Source: Octopus sinensis
Taxonomy: Eukaryota
DNA: 64,000 bases
NCBI RefSeq assembly: GCF_006345805.1
Contig: NC_043022.1
Span: 20,398,001-20,462,000, forward strand
Direction of reading: 5' to 3'
Shown: positions 37,577 through 50,466 of the stretch, in pieces
Position numbering within the stretch: position 1 is the stretch's first letter
Layout of the letters: each line of letters begins with the position of its first letter
Program-made: the position numbers and the translations under genes
Notes under the pieces: generated by a model
What the model saw: only the letters and a program-made list of their open reading frames with translations
Told to the model about the DNA's origin: nothing
Database searches by the model: none

Positions 37577-38363
37577 CAGCATTTCTCAACCGGGGTTCCC
37601 CAGAACCCGAGGGTTTTGCAAAAGGTACCTAGGGGTTCCACGAGAAAGAGTGAGATAAGCTAATGCCAATTTCATGACCATGATATTACTATACATGCAC
37701 AACCTATTATTGGTTATTGTAATACAGACATTATCCTATCTAACCTATTATATTATCAAAAAAATATAACAGCCATTGGGGTTATATTTAGTGATGTCTG
37801 TAATTTACGGACACCCTATATATATAGGCGTAGGAGTGGCTGTGTGGTAAGTAGCTTGCTTACAAACCTCATGGTTCCAGGTTCAGTCCCACTGGGTGGC
37901 AACTTGGGTAAGTGTCTTCTACTATAGCTTTGGGCCGACCAAAGCCTTGTGAACGGATTTGGTAGATGGAAACTGAAAGAAGCCCGTCATGTATATATAT
38001 ATATACTCTCTTCACTCTTTTACTTGTTTCAGTCATGCAGGAGCACCGCCTTTAGTCAAGCAAATTCTTTGTAAGCCTAGAACTTATTCTATCAGTCTCT
38101 TTTGCCAAACAGCTAAGTTACGGGGACGCAAACACACCAGCATCGGACACACATATATATGACATGCTTCTTTCAGTTCCCGTCTACCAAATCCACTCAC
38201 AAGACTTTGGTCAGCCTGAGGCTATAGCAGAAAACACTTGCCCATAGTACCAGGCAGTGCGACTGAACCCGGATCCATGTGATTGGTAAGCAAGCTATTT
38301 ACCACACAGCCACTCCTGCACCTATACATATAGGGTGTCCATAAATTGCAGACATAATTAAAT

Positions 38364-38405
<42 letters not shown>

Positions 38406-38764
38406 TGTATGTATGTTTGTGTGTCTGCGTTTGTCCCCCCAACATCGCTTGACAACTGATACTAGTGTGTTTACATATCCGTTACTTAGCGTTTCAGCAA
38501 GAGGAACCGATAGAATAAGTACTGAGCTTACAAAGAATAAGTCCTGGGGTCGATTTGTTTGACTAAAGGTGGTGCTCCAGCATGGCTGCAGTCTAATGAC
38601 TGAAACAAAAAAAAACAATAAAATGTGTGCGTGTCTATTTACCATGTGAACTATGAAAAATATATGAAAAAGATATGGTATATAAATTTTTTGTGCAAGG
38701 GTTCCCTTGAGACATGTAATTTATTTTAAGGGTTACGCAAGGGTAAAAAGGTTGAGAAACACTG
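37577..38764. mobile_element. hAT (Charlie-like) non-autonomous element containing nested SINEs, itself inserted in a SINE
   Basis: TIRs cagcatttctcaacc / ggttgagaaacactg; 8-bp TSD cactagat at 37569-37576 and 38765-38772. Confidence 0.85.
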
Positions 38765-39027
38765 CACTAGATCGAGGGTTTGATTCCCTGACTGAGTACT
38801 GCATTGTGTTCTTAAGCAAAATATTTCATTCCACATTACTCCAGTCCCCTTTTGAGCAGGGGCTATTGTTGGCCTGCTTGCCTAGCCAGCGGGGTGGTGT
38901 CATTTGAAGGCTAAAACAATGCAAAAGCGCATTGTGACCAGCAATGTGTAACAACATCTGATGGCCTGGTCAGTCATAATCACATGATGTATACATGTAT
39001 GTGTGTGTGTGTGTGTGTGTATTTATA

Positions 39028-39473
39028 CAGGGTTGGCCAAAAGTCACCCGACAATAAATCAAAACCATTTAATTCCAAGATTTCTGTTTAACCCCTTTCG
39101 TTACCGACCCAGCTGAAACCGGCTCTGGCTTTGAATACAAATGTCTTGTTATCATAAGTTTTGAATTAAAATCTTCCACCAAACCTTAATCACAATTTAT
39201 GTTCCTAACACTAGCTGAATGATAACAAAATTATTTTACTACATTCTTAGTTATATTTAAAGTAATTGAAAGAAACACAGAGCTTCTCAAAATAAATACA
39301 GTAACGAAAGGGTTAACAACTGAATGAATTTTAATAAAAGTATCCAGATAAGAAATATCATGAAAATTGTTCAAACTTAAGTCCTTCTTGAGCGACACAT
39401 TTTTCCATTCGAGTCAATACAGAATTACAGATAGAATTTTGATTTACTGTTGGATGACTTTTGGCCAACCCTG
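39028..39473. mobile_element. Tc1-like MITE
   Basis: TA|cagggttggccaaaagtca ... tgacttttggccaaccctg|TA. Confidence 0.8.
39092..39312. mobile_element. piggyBac-type MITE nested in the Tc1 MITE
   Basis: TTAA TSDs (39088-39091, 39313-39316); TIRs ccc(c)tttcgttac / gtaacgaaaggg. Confidence 0.8.
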
Positions 39474-39500
39474 TATGTATTTGTGTATGTGTATATAAGT

Positions 39501-40196
39501 GTATACAAGCCTCAAATTGTGTAGGTCTTTACCTCAATGAGGCCAAGACTGAATATATAAACAAGTGCCTGTCCAGCAGTGATTGCATCATCCATACTCT
39601 CAACAATGCGCCCTTAAATATGGTTTCTGATTACAAATATCTTGGGTCATACATATCAACTGGAAAAGATTTTCTAACTAGAAAGGGTATGGCCTGGTCA
39701 GCCTGTAATGACATGCATAAGATCTGGTCATCAAATCTAAGTAGAGACTTCAAACTTGAAATCTTCAAAGCCACAGTCAAACCAATTCTACTATATGGCT
39801 CAGAAACCTGGACGTTATCAAAGAAGCTTGAGAGGCGGTTGGATGGAACCTACACTCGCCTCCTTATGAGAGCTCAAAAACTCTCGTGGAAGCGTCATCC
39901 AACCAAAATGCAAATATATGGGAAACTATCACCTGTGTCATCTCTTGTGAAAGGTAGGAGAGTCCAGTTTGCTGGACATTGTTGTAGAGCTGAAAACGAG
40001 GCAATTTCTCCTCTTCTCCTCTGGAAGCCATCTACTCGCAATACCAGAGGGCGCACACTCTCCTACCCTGATGTAATCTCCAGGGATACAGGCATCCAGC
40101 AACAGGACCTCCGTAATGCCATGATGGACCGTGAAGTCTGGCGTAGCATGGTAAATTCCATTGTCTCGACCACGGTCGAACAATGATGATGAATGA
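39501..40196 (+). mobile_element. 5'-truncated RTE-clade LINE (RT C-terminus and 3' end)
   Basis: Open frame with GLYLNEAKT, YKYLGS, LLYGSETWTL, RRVQFAGHC; (ATG)n tail; 11-bp TSD tgtatataagt at 39490-39500 and 40197-40207. Confidence 0.9.
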
Positions 40197-40317
40197 TGTA
40201 TATAAGTTCAGTAACAATTTAGATTCAGTTGAATATGGTACTTAAGTTAAAGGCACCAGAATTTGGTATGGTATTATCCATATAATTCAAAATGGGGTGA
40301 TTATAATCAAAATAAGC

Positions 40318-41321
40318 AACAAGGATATCCAAAGGTAATGCATTTTACTACCATGTTTCTGTTGATAAGACTGGTCCCTCTGTCTATCTACTTACCCTCT
40401 TTGTGATGTTGGTAAATGGAATAAGTATAAAAATGAATCTTTTCAATTTAACTAAAAAATTCCATATGCAGCTGAAGATTGCACTACATTTTAAAACTGA
40501 TGTAATACTTGCATTATGTAATTAAATGAAGTCGCATGAAACAATTGTTTTTAGACTGATAAGGAAAATTCAAAAAGCAGTGATTGAATTTCTTGTTGCT
40601 GAGAGGGAAAACCCTTGTGAACATTCACTAATGATTACAAAATGTCTATCAAGACAATACTTTAGATTATAGCAATGTATACAGGTGGGTCCATCGTCTG
40701 AAAGATGAAAAGGTGGGAACTGTGAGTGTAGCCGATAAACCCTGTTCTGGCCATCTGTCCGCTTCTGTGAATCCTGCCAATAAAGCAAAAGCAGATGCCC
40801 TGATCAGAGAAGACAGGCGCACAACTCTTGATGAGTTGGCAGAAAACCTTGAAGTGAGCCAAGGAAGTGCTTACAACATTGTCAAATCACTTGGCTTTTC
40901 AAAAGTGTGTTCCTGTTGGGTACCGAGAGAGCTGTCTACTGAATGCAAGACTGACAGGGTCAATGCCTGCACTGAACTTCTCAAACAAAGTCACCAGATT
41001 TAGTACCTTCAGATTATCATCTCTTTGACCCCATGAAAGAGGGTCTGTGAGGCAAACATTATTCCAGTGACGAGGAAGTGAAAACAGTATTGAAGAAGTG
41101 GCTCAAAAAACAGTCAACAGAATTTTACGGGCCAGAGATACATGCTCTCATTCGAAGGCAGAACAGTGCTACTGAGAGAAACAGTGATTATGTTGAGAAG
41201 TAGGGATGTGATCCACAGAGGACCAGCTCCATTTTGATGCATGATACATGATACATGTTCCTGTGTTGGTAATTATACCTGTCCTAAACAAAATGGCATT
41301 ACTTTTTGACTCAGCCTTGTA
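40318..41321 (+). mobile_element. Internally deleted mariner transposon
   Basis: HTH region, WVPREL, then direct jump to SPDLVPSDYHLF at ~40988, ending DYVEK*; imperfect TIRs (aaaggtaatgcatttt / aaaatggcattactttt). Confidence 0.85.
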
Positions 41322-42185
41322 GTAGCAGAAATAATAATAATAATAATAGTTTCAAATTTTGGCACAAGGCCAGCAAATTCAGAGGCGGGGTTAAATCGAT
41401 TATATCAACTTCAGTGTTTAACTGGTACTTATTTTATTGACCCCAAAAGGATGAAGGGGAAAGTCAACCTCGGTGGAATCTGAACTCAGAAATGTAACAA
41501 CGGGTGAAATACCTATTTCTTTATTGCCCACAAGGGGCTAAACACAGAGAGGACAAACAAGGACAGACAAATGGATTAAGTCGATTATATCAACCCCAGT
41601 GCCTTAACTGGTATTTATTTAATTGACCCCGAAGGGATGAAAGGCAAAGTCGACCTCGGCGGAATTTGAACTCAGAACGCAGTGGCGGACATAATACCAC
41701 AAAGCATTTCGCCCGGTGTGCTAACGGTTCTGCCAGCTCACCGCCTTAATAATAACAACAACAACAACAACGGTAAATAATGATAAATAGAGGATTATAA
41801 AATTAACAATAGTAATAATGATAGAGAATTGGTGATTAGTTAATACCAGATCATATATTAATTAATAAATATTAAAATTAATAAAACAAAATACTTTTTT
41901 TAAAAGTCACCCCTTTTAAAGGGTCAGTATAGTATTTTCATAATTATATATATATATATATACATAAATACATATATATACATACATACATGTGTATATA
42001 CATATTCTATATATGTAACGTTTCTAAAAGATGTTTTGGTCTTGTTTTTGTTTTTTCTGCTTTTACCATATATGGATCCAATGTGGACTCCTCTCATCCT
42101 TTGAAGAATTTGTAACTTTTGCATTGTTTTCTTTCAAGGTCAATCATTTTTTTTTTAGAAATATATTGGGATTTAATTTTTTAAT

Positions 42186-42189
<4 letters not shown>

Positions 42190-42247
<58 letters not shown>

Positions 42248-42787
42248 TATATATATATACACACACATATATATATATACATACACACATATATATATAT
42301 ATACATACACACATATATATATATACACATATATAATTATACATAGCTATACAACATACATGTACCTTATATATCATACATATTCATTATACACATATTA
42401 TACATATGCATCATATAAATAGATATGTACATACACACACACATATATATACACATACAAACATATACATGCACATACAGACACACATACATATTATACA
42501 TACAGACAATCACACATATATACACACATATATACATACATATTTACATACATATATTTACATATACACGCATATATATTATATACATACATATATATAC
42601 ACATACATTTACATATACACGCATATATATTATATACATACATATATATACACATACATTTACATATACACGCATATATATTATATACATACATATATAT
42701 ACACATACATACATACAGACAGATTGTACATATACATTTTATATTATATATATATATTTCACACACACAGATGTGTATGTATGTATG

Positions 42788-42825
<38 letters not shown>

Positions 42826-42830
42826 TATAA
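42190..42830. repeat. Compound (TA)/(CA)/(TACA) microsatellite downstream of the VPS37 stop
   Basis: Direct inspection. Confidence 0.95.
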
Positions 42831-43074
42831 CTCGTTTTATTATATTTTTACATTATTTTGTATTACTTTCTCATATGTTACATCTTTGGAGAGTAGAATT
42901 ATTTTGGGGGTTTTTTTTTTACAATATTTTTGTTTGTATTGCCCACTATACAAGTTAAACGACTTATTTACCCTTTGTAAATATAATTTAAATCCTTTCA
43001 TTGTTTTTTTTTTTATACATCTTGCATTTGTTTTTTTTTTAATATTGTTTCGTTTTCGTTTTTTTTTTCTTTTT

Positions 43075-43386
43075 TTAGAAATAACTAGACGGGTCTGGCA
43101 TGTTCATGTAGGGCCTTGACGGTGTAGATCCCACGTTGTACTGAGTGCTGGCGCTAGTGGGTATGATGTTGGCTTCATTTCGGTCGTAATAAGAATGGTT
43201 ACAGAGGGAAGGCGTGGAAGCATGGTGAGCAGACTGCATTCGCCTGGAGAGGCTGCGACTCTGCAGTAAATCCGTCATCTTCTCAACTTTCACTTTCTTC
43301 AAGTGGGCCTCTTTGCGCTGCATGATGTAATCTTCCACGAAAGTTTCAGCTTCAAGTTTCTTATCGAGGAAATCCTGAGCAAGTTT
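43075..43386 (-). CDS. VPS37B: VPS37B/C-like, last coding exon
   Basis: ctttttcag|AAA; KLAQDFLDKKLEAETFVEDYIMQRKEAHLKKVKVEKM matches VPS37B AEKFLDGELPLDSFIDVYQSKRKLAHMRRVKIEKL; Pro/Ser/Tyr-rich tail; TAA at 43075. Joined CDS is 813 nt / 270 aa in frame. Confidence 0.92.
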   Translation of the reverse strand, partial: KLAQDFLDKKLEAETFVEDYIMQRKEAHLKKVKVEKMTDLLQSRSLSRRMQSAHHASTPSLCNHSYYDRNEANIIPTSASTQYNVGSTPSRPYMNMPDPSSYF

Positions 43387-43814
43387 CTGAAAAAAGAGAA
43401 ACAAACAAAAAAATATTATCTCTATATGGAAGCACTCCGTCGGTTACGACGACGAGGGTTCCGGTTGATCCAAATCAACGGAACAGCCTGCTCGTGAAAT
43501 TAACGTGTAAGTGGCTGAACACTCCACAGACACGTGTACCCTTAACGTAGTTCTCGGGGATATTCAGCGTGACACAGAGAGTGACAAGGCCGGCCCTTTG
43601 AAATACAGGTACAACAGAAACAGGAAGTAAGAGTGAGAGAAAGTTGTGGTGAAAGAGTACAGCAGGGATCACCACCATCCCCTGCCGGAGCCTCGTGGAG
43701 CTTTAGGTGTTTTCGCTCAATAAACACTCACAACGCCCGGTCGGGAATCGAAACCACGATCCTATGACCGCGAGTCCGCTGCCCTAACCACTGGGCCATT
43801 GCGCCTCCACAATA

Positions 43815-44168
43815 TCTCTATATATATAAACAGCAAAATGTCTGTCTGTGTGTGTGTATCCTTTATACAAATCCACAATTTTTTTAGTTGGAGGGCTCGC
43901 ACTTCCTATGGTCATTCAAAACCATCCAAGGGTGGTCGTGCACATCTTTATATTTCCCCAGTCACCCTGCAAAGCCATTAAAAAATCAATAGAAGTGACT
44001 CTTTTTGAATTTTCTATCCAAATTCCAATCAAAATGCCCGAAACTTGATACACCAATTGAATGCCAGCTAGCTGTATGTGATTGGTCGGGGATTTGGACA
44101 GTACTCGCATGTATGTGCGCACGCATGCACTAGCACTATGACCCAGCGTTGCCAGGTCATAGTGCTAG
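43815..44168 (+). mobile_element. Non-autonomous Helitron, second family (truncated relative at ~2245-2560)
   Basis: A|TC start; 3' hairpin and CTAG|T; high similarity to 2245-2560. Confidence 0.7.
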
Positions 44169-44562
44169 TTAATTATTATAGTGGTTTGGTGGTAAGAAGC
44201 TTGCTTCCCAATTACATAGCTCTGGATTCAGTCCCACTGCATGGCACCTTGGGCAAGTGTCTACTACTATGGTCTCAGGCCTGGGTCTCCACTTGTTAAA
44301 CAACATCAACAGTGGGGAAAAAGTAGAGGAACAGAGAAGGGCAGGATGAGAAGGGGAGAAAAAGAGAAGGGGAGAAAAAGAGGAGGGGAGAAAAAGAGGA
44401 GGGGAGAAAAAGAGGAGAGGAGAAAAGGGAAAGGAAGAGAGAAAAGAGAGACGAGGGGAGAAAAGGGGGTGAGGAGGTGAAGGAACAGGGTGGAGGCATT
44501 AACAAAATAAATTAATGGAATAGAAAGGAAAAAGAACAAGGAAAGTAAAAAATGTTCCTTAC

Positions 44563-44645
44563 TTCCGAATTCTCATCGGATGTTGCTGCATCGGCCTGTA
44601 AGAGTGCCAAGATGGTTTCCAAAGACTGCTTATTGGCTACGACAT
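44563..44645 (-). CDS. VPS37B: VPS37B/C-like, coding exon 3 (83 nt)
   Basis: tttttgcag|AT...GAA|gtaagg; (D)VVANKQSLETILALLQADAATSDENSE matches VPS37B SLETLLALLQAEGAKIEEDTE; phases 1/0 fit the neighbouring exons. Confidence 0.92.
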
Positions 44646-45140
44646 CTGCAAAAATAGGAATAAAATAGAGAAAAAGGAGGATAGTGATGATGATGATGAT
44701 GAAGGTGATGATGATTATAGTGGTGATGAAGACGATGCTGGAAATAGCAGTCAAAACTCAACTCTAAAACCACATTAAATGTTCATACAGCACCAGGAGA
44801 GAAGACAAAGAGACAAAATAAACTAGCAAAAAATTATGAACATCTAATGTGGTTTTAGAGTCAAGTTTTGACTGTTATTTCCAGCGTGGTGGTATCTCTT
44901 AGATACCCTAAATTATAATTTTATATATATATTTACTCTTTTACTTGTTTCAGCCATTTGACTGCGGCCATGCTGGAGCACCGCCTTTAGTCGAGCAAAT
45001 CGACCCCGAGACTTATTCTTTGTAAGCCCAGTACTTATTCTATCGGTCTCTTTTGCCGAAACGCTAAGTGACGGGGATGTAAACACACCAGCATCGGTTG
45101 TCAAGTAATGCTAGGGAGACAAACACAGACACACACACAT

Positions 45141-45171
<31 letters not shown>

Positions 45172-46481
45172 CATATACGACAGGCTTCTTTCAGTTTCCG
45201 TCTACCAAATCCACGTATATATATATATATATACAAATCATACTGCATTTATATAATTAAGTGTTGCTGGGAATTGTATTAATCATCATCATTGTTTAAT
45301 GTTCACCTTCCATTGATGGGACAGTTTCACAAGAACCAGCCAGGTAGAAGCCTGCACCAGATTTCTGCGACTGTTTTGGCAGGATTTTTAGAGCTGGATG
45401 CCCTTCTTAATACCAACCACTCAGCAGAGTGGACTTAGTGCTTTTTACGTGGCACAAGCACAGGCAAGGTCAGTTTTGGCAAGGGTTTTACAGCTGGATG
45501 CCCTTCCGAACACCAACCACTTTATAGTATGGACTGGGTGCTTGTAAGTGGTACCTGCACTGTCAGGGTCACCAAGTACTTACAAGATGAAAAAAAAACT
45601 TTCAAGAGGGGAGAGGGGGGGCATTAAAAAGTTAAGATATTTTGTATAATATAGATGTTACGTGTTTCAGTCATTTGACTGTGCCATGCAGGAGCACCAC
45701 CTTTAGTCGAAGAAACTGACCCCAGACTTATTCTTTGTAAGCTTAGTACTTATTCTACCGGTCTCTTTTGCCAAACTGCTAAGTGACGAGGACATAAACA
45801 CACCAGCATCGATTGTCAAGCGATGTTGGGGGACAACACAGATACACAAACATATACACATGCATACACATATACATACATATATACGACGGGCTTCTTT
45901 CAGTTTCCGTCTACCAAATCCACTCACAAGGCTTTGGTCGGCCCAAAGCTATAGCAGAAGACACCTGCTCAAGGTGCCATGCAGTGGGACTGGACCCGGA
46001 ACCATGTGGTTGATAAGCAAACTACTTACCACACAGCCACTCCTGCACATAAAATTCCTGTACATGAATTTTAACAACAAAATCTTGTATGGGCTCTTCC
46101 CCCAAGGATCATATGAATCCTAGTTGAGAACCAATGCCAAGTTAAGTCTTTTTTCTGTCTCCTTTTAACATTCATCATCATCATCGTTTAACGTCCGCTT
46201 TCCATGCTAGCATGGGTTGGACGGTTCAACTGGGGTCCGTGAAGCCTGAAGGCTGCACCAGGCCAGTCAGATCTGGCAGTGTTTCTACAGTTGGATGCCC
46301 TTCCTAATGCCAACCACTCCGTGAGTGTAGTGGGTGCTTTTTACGTGCCACCAACACAGGTGCCAGACGAGGCTGGTGAACGGCCACGCTCGGATGGTGC
46401 TTTTTATGTGCCACCATCAGAACTCAACATAAGATGAGGACGATGATGATGATGGTTATATATATCTGAGTACATACGTAC

Positions 46482-46652
46482 CTAGACTGCCTATTTCTTC
46501 TGCGAGGGTTGTTTTCAACTCAGAAACCTCAGCATATTTGGCTGCAATCTGCTGCTTTAGGTCTTCAAACTTTGGTCTTATCCCCAATTGTATTCAGCCA
46601 AGCTTTTGTTGCTGGCTAACATCACATCTCGCTCTTGCTGAATGTTCTTCAC
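46482..46652 (-). pseudogene. VPS37B: Duplicate of VPS37 coding exon 2 with a 1-bp deletion (171 nt, frameshifted)
   Basis: Matches 48280-48451 except tccccaattgta vs tccccaagttgta; splice sites intact; translation stops (TAC AAT TGG GGA TAA). Confidence 0.85.
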
Positions 46653-46927
46653 CTTGAAAAAAAACAAAAAACAAATGAATAAATAAATAATAATAATATA
46701 TCCTCAACAGGATAAGCTACCCCTATTTTGCAGAAAAAGTGTTGGCGGTCGGCTACGAGACACTTTTTTCTGCAAAATAGGGGTAGCTTATCTTGTTGAG
46801 GATATATTAGCATTATCCTGCGTTTGAGAATTTAAAATCACTTCTTTAACTTTCTAAGACATCTCAATGCTTCTAAAGCAAACTTCATTTGTTTGTTCAT
46901 GTTCATTGTAATTTAAATTTTATATAT

Positions 46928-46969
<42 letters not shown>

Positions 46970-48279
46970 CGACAGGCTTCTTTCAGTTTCCGTCTACCAA
47001 ATCCACGTATATATATATATATATATACAAATCATACTGCATTTATATAATTAAGTGTTGCTGGGAATTGTATTAATCATCATCATTGTTTAATGTTCAC
47101 CTTCCATTGATGGGACAGTTTCACAAGAACCAGCCAGGTAGAAGCCTGCACCAGATTTCTGCGACTGTTTTGGCAGGATTTTTAGAGCTGGATGCCCTTC
47201 TTAATACCAACCACTCAGCAGAGTGGACTTAGTGCTTTTTACGTGGCACAAGCACAGGCAAGGTCAGTTTTGGCAAGGGTTTTACAGCTGGATGCCCTTC
47301 CGAACACCAACCACTTTATAGTATGGACTGGGTGCTTGTAAGTGGTACCTGCACTGTCAGGGTCACCAAGTACTTACAAGATGAAAAAAAAACTTTCAAG
47401 AGGGGAGAGGGGGGGCATTAAAAAGTTAAGATATTTTGTATAATATAGATGTTACGTGTTTCAGTCATTTGACTGTGGCCATGCAGGAGCACCTCCTTTA
47501 GTCGAAGAAACTGACCCCAGGACTTATTCTTTGTAAGCTTAGTACTTATTCTACCGGTCTCTTTTGCCAAACTGCTAAGTGACGAGGACATAAACACACC
47601 AGCATCGATTGTCAAGCGATGTTGGGGGACAAACACAGATACACAAACATATACACATGCATACACATATACATACATATATACGACGGGCTTCTTTCAG
47701 TTTCCGTCTACCAAATCCACTCACAAGGCTTTGGTCGGCCCAAAGCTATAGCAGAAGACACCTGCTCAAGGTGCCATGCAGTGGGACTGGACCCGGAACC
47801 ATGTGGTTGATAAGCAAACTACTTACCACACAGCCACTCCTGCACATAAAATTCCTGTACATGAATTTTAACAACAAAATCTTTTATGGGCTCTTCCCCC
47901 AAGGATCATATGAATCCTAGTTGAGAACCAATGTCAAGTTAAGTCTTTTTTCTGTCTCCTTTTAACATTCATCATCATCATCGTTTAACGTCCGCTTTCC
48001 ATGCTAGCATGGGTTGGACGGTTCAACTGGGGTCCGTGAAGCCTGAAGGCTGCACCAGGCCAGTCAGATCTGGCAGTGTTTCTACAGTTGGATGCCCTTC
48101 CTAATGCCAACCACTCCGTGAGTGTAGTGGGTGCTTTTTACGTGCCACCGACACAGGTGCCAGACGAGGCTGGTGAACGGCCACGCTCGGATGGTGCTTT
48201 TTATGTGCCACCCATCAGAACTCAACATAAGATGAGGACGATGATGATGATGGTTATATATATCTGAGTACATACGTAC

Positions 48280-48451
48280 CTAGACTGCCTATTTCTTCTG
48301 CGAGGGTTGTTTTCAACTCAGAAACCTCAGCATATTTGGCTGCAATCTGCTGCTTTAGGTCTTCAAACTTTGGTCTTATCCCCAAGTTGTATTCAGCCAA
48401 GCTTTTGTTGCTGGCTAACATCACATCTCGCTCTTGCTGAATGTTCTTCAC
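48280..48451 (-). CDS. VPS37B: VPS37B/C-like, coding exon 2 (172 nt, intact copy)
   Basis: ttttcaag|GTG...CTA G|gtacgt; encodes VKNIQQERDVMLASNKSLAEYNLGIRPKFEDLKQ, matching the Mod(r) domain motif LASNRSLAEGNL of VPS37B. Confidence 0.92.
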
Positions 48452-48492
48452 CTTGAAAAAAAACAAAAAACAAATGAATAAATAAATAATAA

Positions 48493-48608
48493 TAATATAT
48501 CCTCAACAGGATAAGCTACCCCTATTTTGCAGAAAAAGTGTTGGCGGTCGGCTACGAGACACTTTTTTCTGCAAAATAGGGGTAGCTTATCTTGTTGAGG
48601 ATATATTA
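48493..48608. repeat. Fold-back hairpin ~40 nt upstream of the VPS37 exon 2 acceptor (duplicate at ~46694-46809)
   Basis: ~48-bp arms taatatatcctcaacaggataagctacccctattttgcagaaaaagtg and reverse complement. Confidence 0.9.
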
Positions 48609-48714
48609 GCATTATCCTGCGTTTGAGAATTTAAAATCACTTCTTTAACTTTCTAAGACATCTCAATGCTTCTAAAGCAAACTTCATTTGTTTGTTCATG
48701 TTCATTGTAATTTA

Positions 48715-48751
<37 letters not shown>

Positions 48752-49959
48752 GAGGCGCAATGGCCCAGTAGTTAGGGCAGCGAACTCGCAGTCGTAGGAT
48801 CGTGGTTTCGATTCCCAGGCCGGGCGTTGTGAGTGTTTATTGAGCGAAAACACCTAAATAAAAAGCTCCACGAGGCTCCGGTAGGGGGTGGTGATCCCTG
48901 CTGTATTCTTTCACCACTCTTTCTCCCACTCTTTCTTCTGTTGGCCTGCTCGCTTGGCCTGCTCGCTTGGCCAGCGGGGTGGCGTCATTTGAAGGCTAAA
49001 ACAATGCGAACGCATTGTGACCAGCGATGTGTAACAACATCTGATGGTCTGGTCGGTCACGTGATATATATATAAATAGATGAGTGTATTTTTACCTTGT
49101 TAACAATTAACACAGAAAAAATAAATAAATAGTTACCAGGGTAGCAAAAATCTCACAAGTAAAGATGTTGTAACTCCTTGTTTATAAAGGTAGAAACTTC
49201 GTGTTTACGTGGAATGTTTATTCATATATATATATATTGTAAAAATGGTAAGATAACAAAAGAAAGAAAGAGACCTCGATATTATGTAAATAGAGGAATT
49301 TATTTGTAAATGTAATATGTGACAATTATTTGGTTGCCAAGATAAAACTCTGAATTTCAGATGCCGAGGTGGAAATCCACGCTACCATCTCTTCAGTTAT
49401 CCGGCCATTGGAAAAACACCATGAAAAATGACCGTTATACAAAGGGAAATTACTGTGTTATTGACCGTTATTTAGACAAAAGAGCTATTCGAATTACCGC
49501 TAATTAAGGTAAGTGGGAGTAACAGTCATTTTTCATATTGTTTTTCCGATGGCTGGATAACTGAAAAGATGGTGGCGTCGTTTTCCACCTCGGCATCCGA
49601 AACTCAGAGTTTTATCTTGACTACCGAATAATTGTCACATATTACATTTACAGATATATATATATATATATACATAGGTAAAATGAGACATATCTATCTG
49701 CATGGCCGAAACAGCTGTAAGATATAGTGTATATTTATATTTATATCTATTTATATTTATTTATTTATATCCTCTTATAATGATTGTACCTATTGTATTG
49801 TATTACTCATTCATGTACGTTGTTTTGTTATATATTTTTATGTTTAACCTTAATGTTCTTATGTAGTGGTTCAATAAAGTATGTGATTGGGTATTATCTG
49901 GTAGTTGATTAATGATTTAGATGTATTTCACCATTTTCTGATTTTGTATACATATATAT

Positions 49960-50466
49960 ATATATATACACACACAAAGATATAAAAGTTCCAGATATTT
50001 TACTAAAAGAGTAAAACAGAGTGTATATTATATATATACACACACAAAGATATAAAAGTTCCAGATATTTTACTAAAAGAGTAAAACAGAGTGTATATTA
50101 TATATATACACACACAAAGATAAAAGTTCCAGATATTTTACTAAAAGAGTAAAACAGAGTGTATATTATATATATACACACACAAAGATATAAAAGTTCC
50201 AGATATTTTACTAAAAGAGTAAAACAGAGTGTATATTATATATATACACACACAAAGATATAAAAGTTCCAGATATTTTACTAAAAGAGTAAAACAGAGT
50301 GTATATTATATATATACACACACAAAGATATAAAAGTTCCAGATATTTTACTAAAAGAGTAAAACAGAGTGTATATTATATATATACACACACAAAGATA
50401 TAAAAGTTCCAGATATTTTACTAAAAGAGTAAAACAGAGTGTATATTATATATATACACACACACA
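49960..50466. repeat. 70-bp tandem repeat, 7 near-identical units, abutting the VPS37 exon 1 donor
   Basis: Unit tataaaagttccagatattttactaaaagagtaaaacagagtgtatattatatatatacacacacaaaga at 49981, 50051, ~50121, 50189, 50259, 50329, 50399. Confidence 0.95.

Larger units (their letters stand above)
45140..48740. repeat. ~1.8-kb near-identical tandem duplication inside VPS37
   Basis: Offset 1792-1799 bp; breakpoints in (TA)n tracts; about 8 differences seen by eye. Confidence 0.95.

Noticed and set aside
42031-43119. Long YI/HT/VC-repeat ORFs (also 15837-16175, 32483-33053, 54024-54384, 63000-63681)
   Set aside because: Microsatellite read-throughs.
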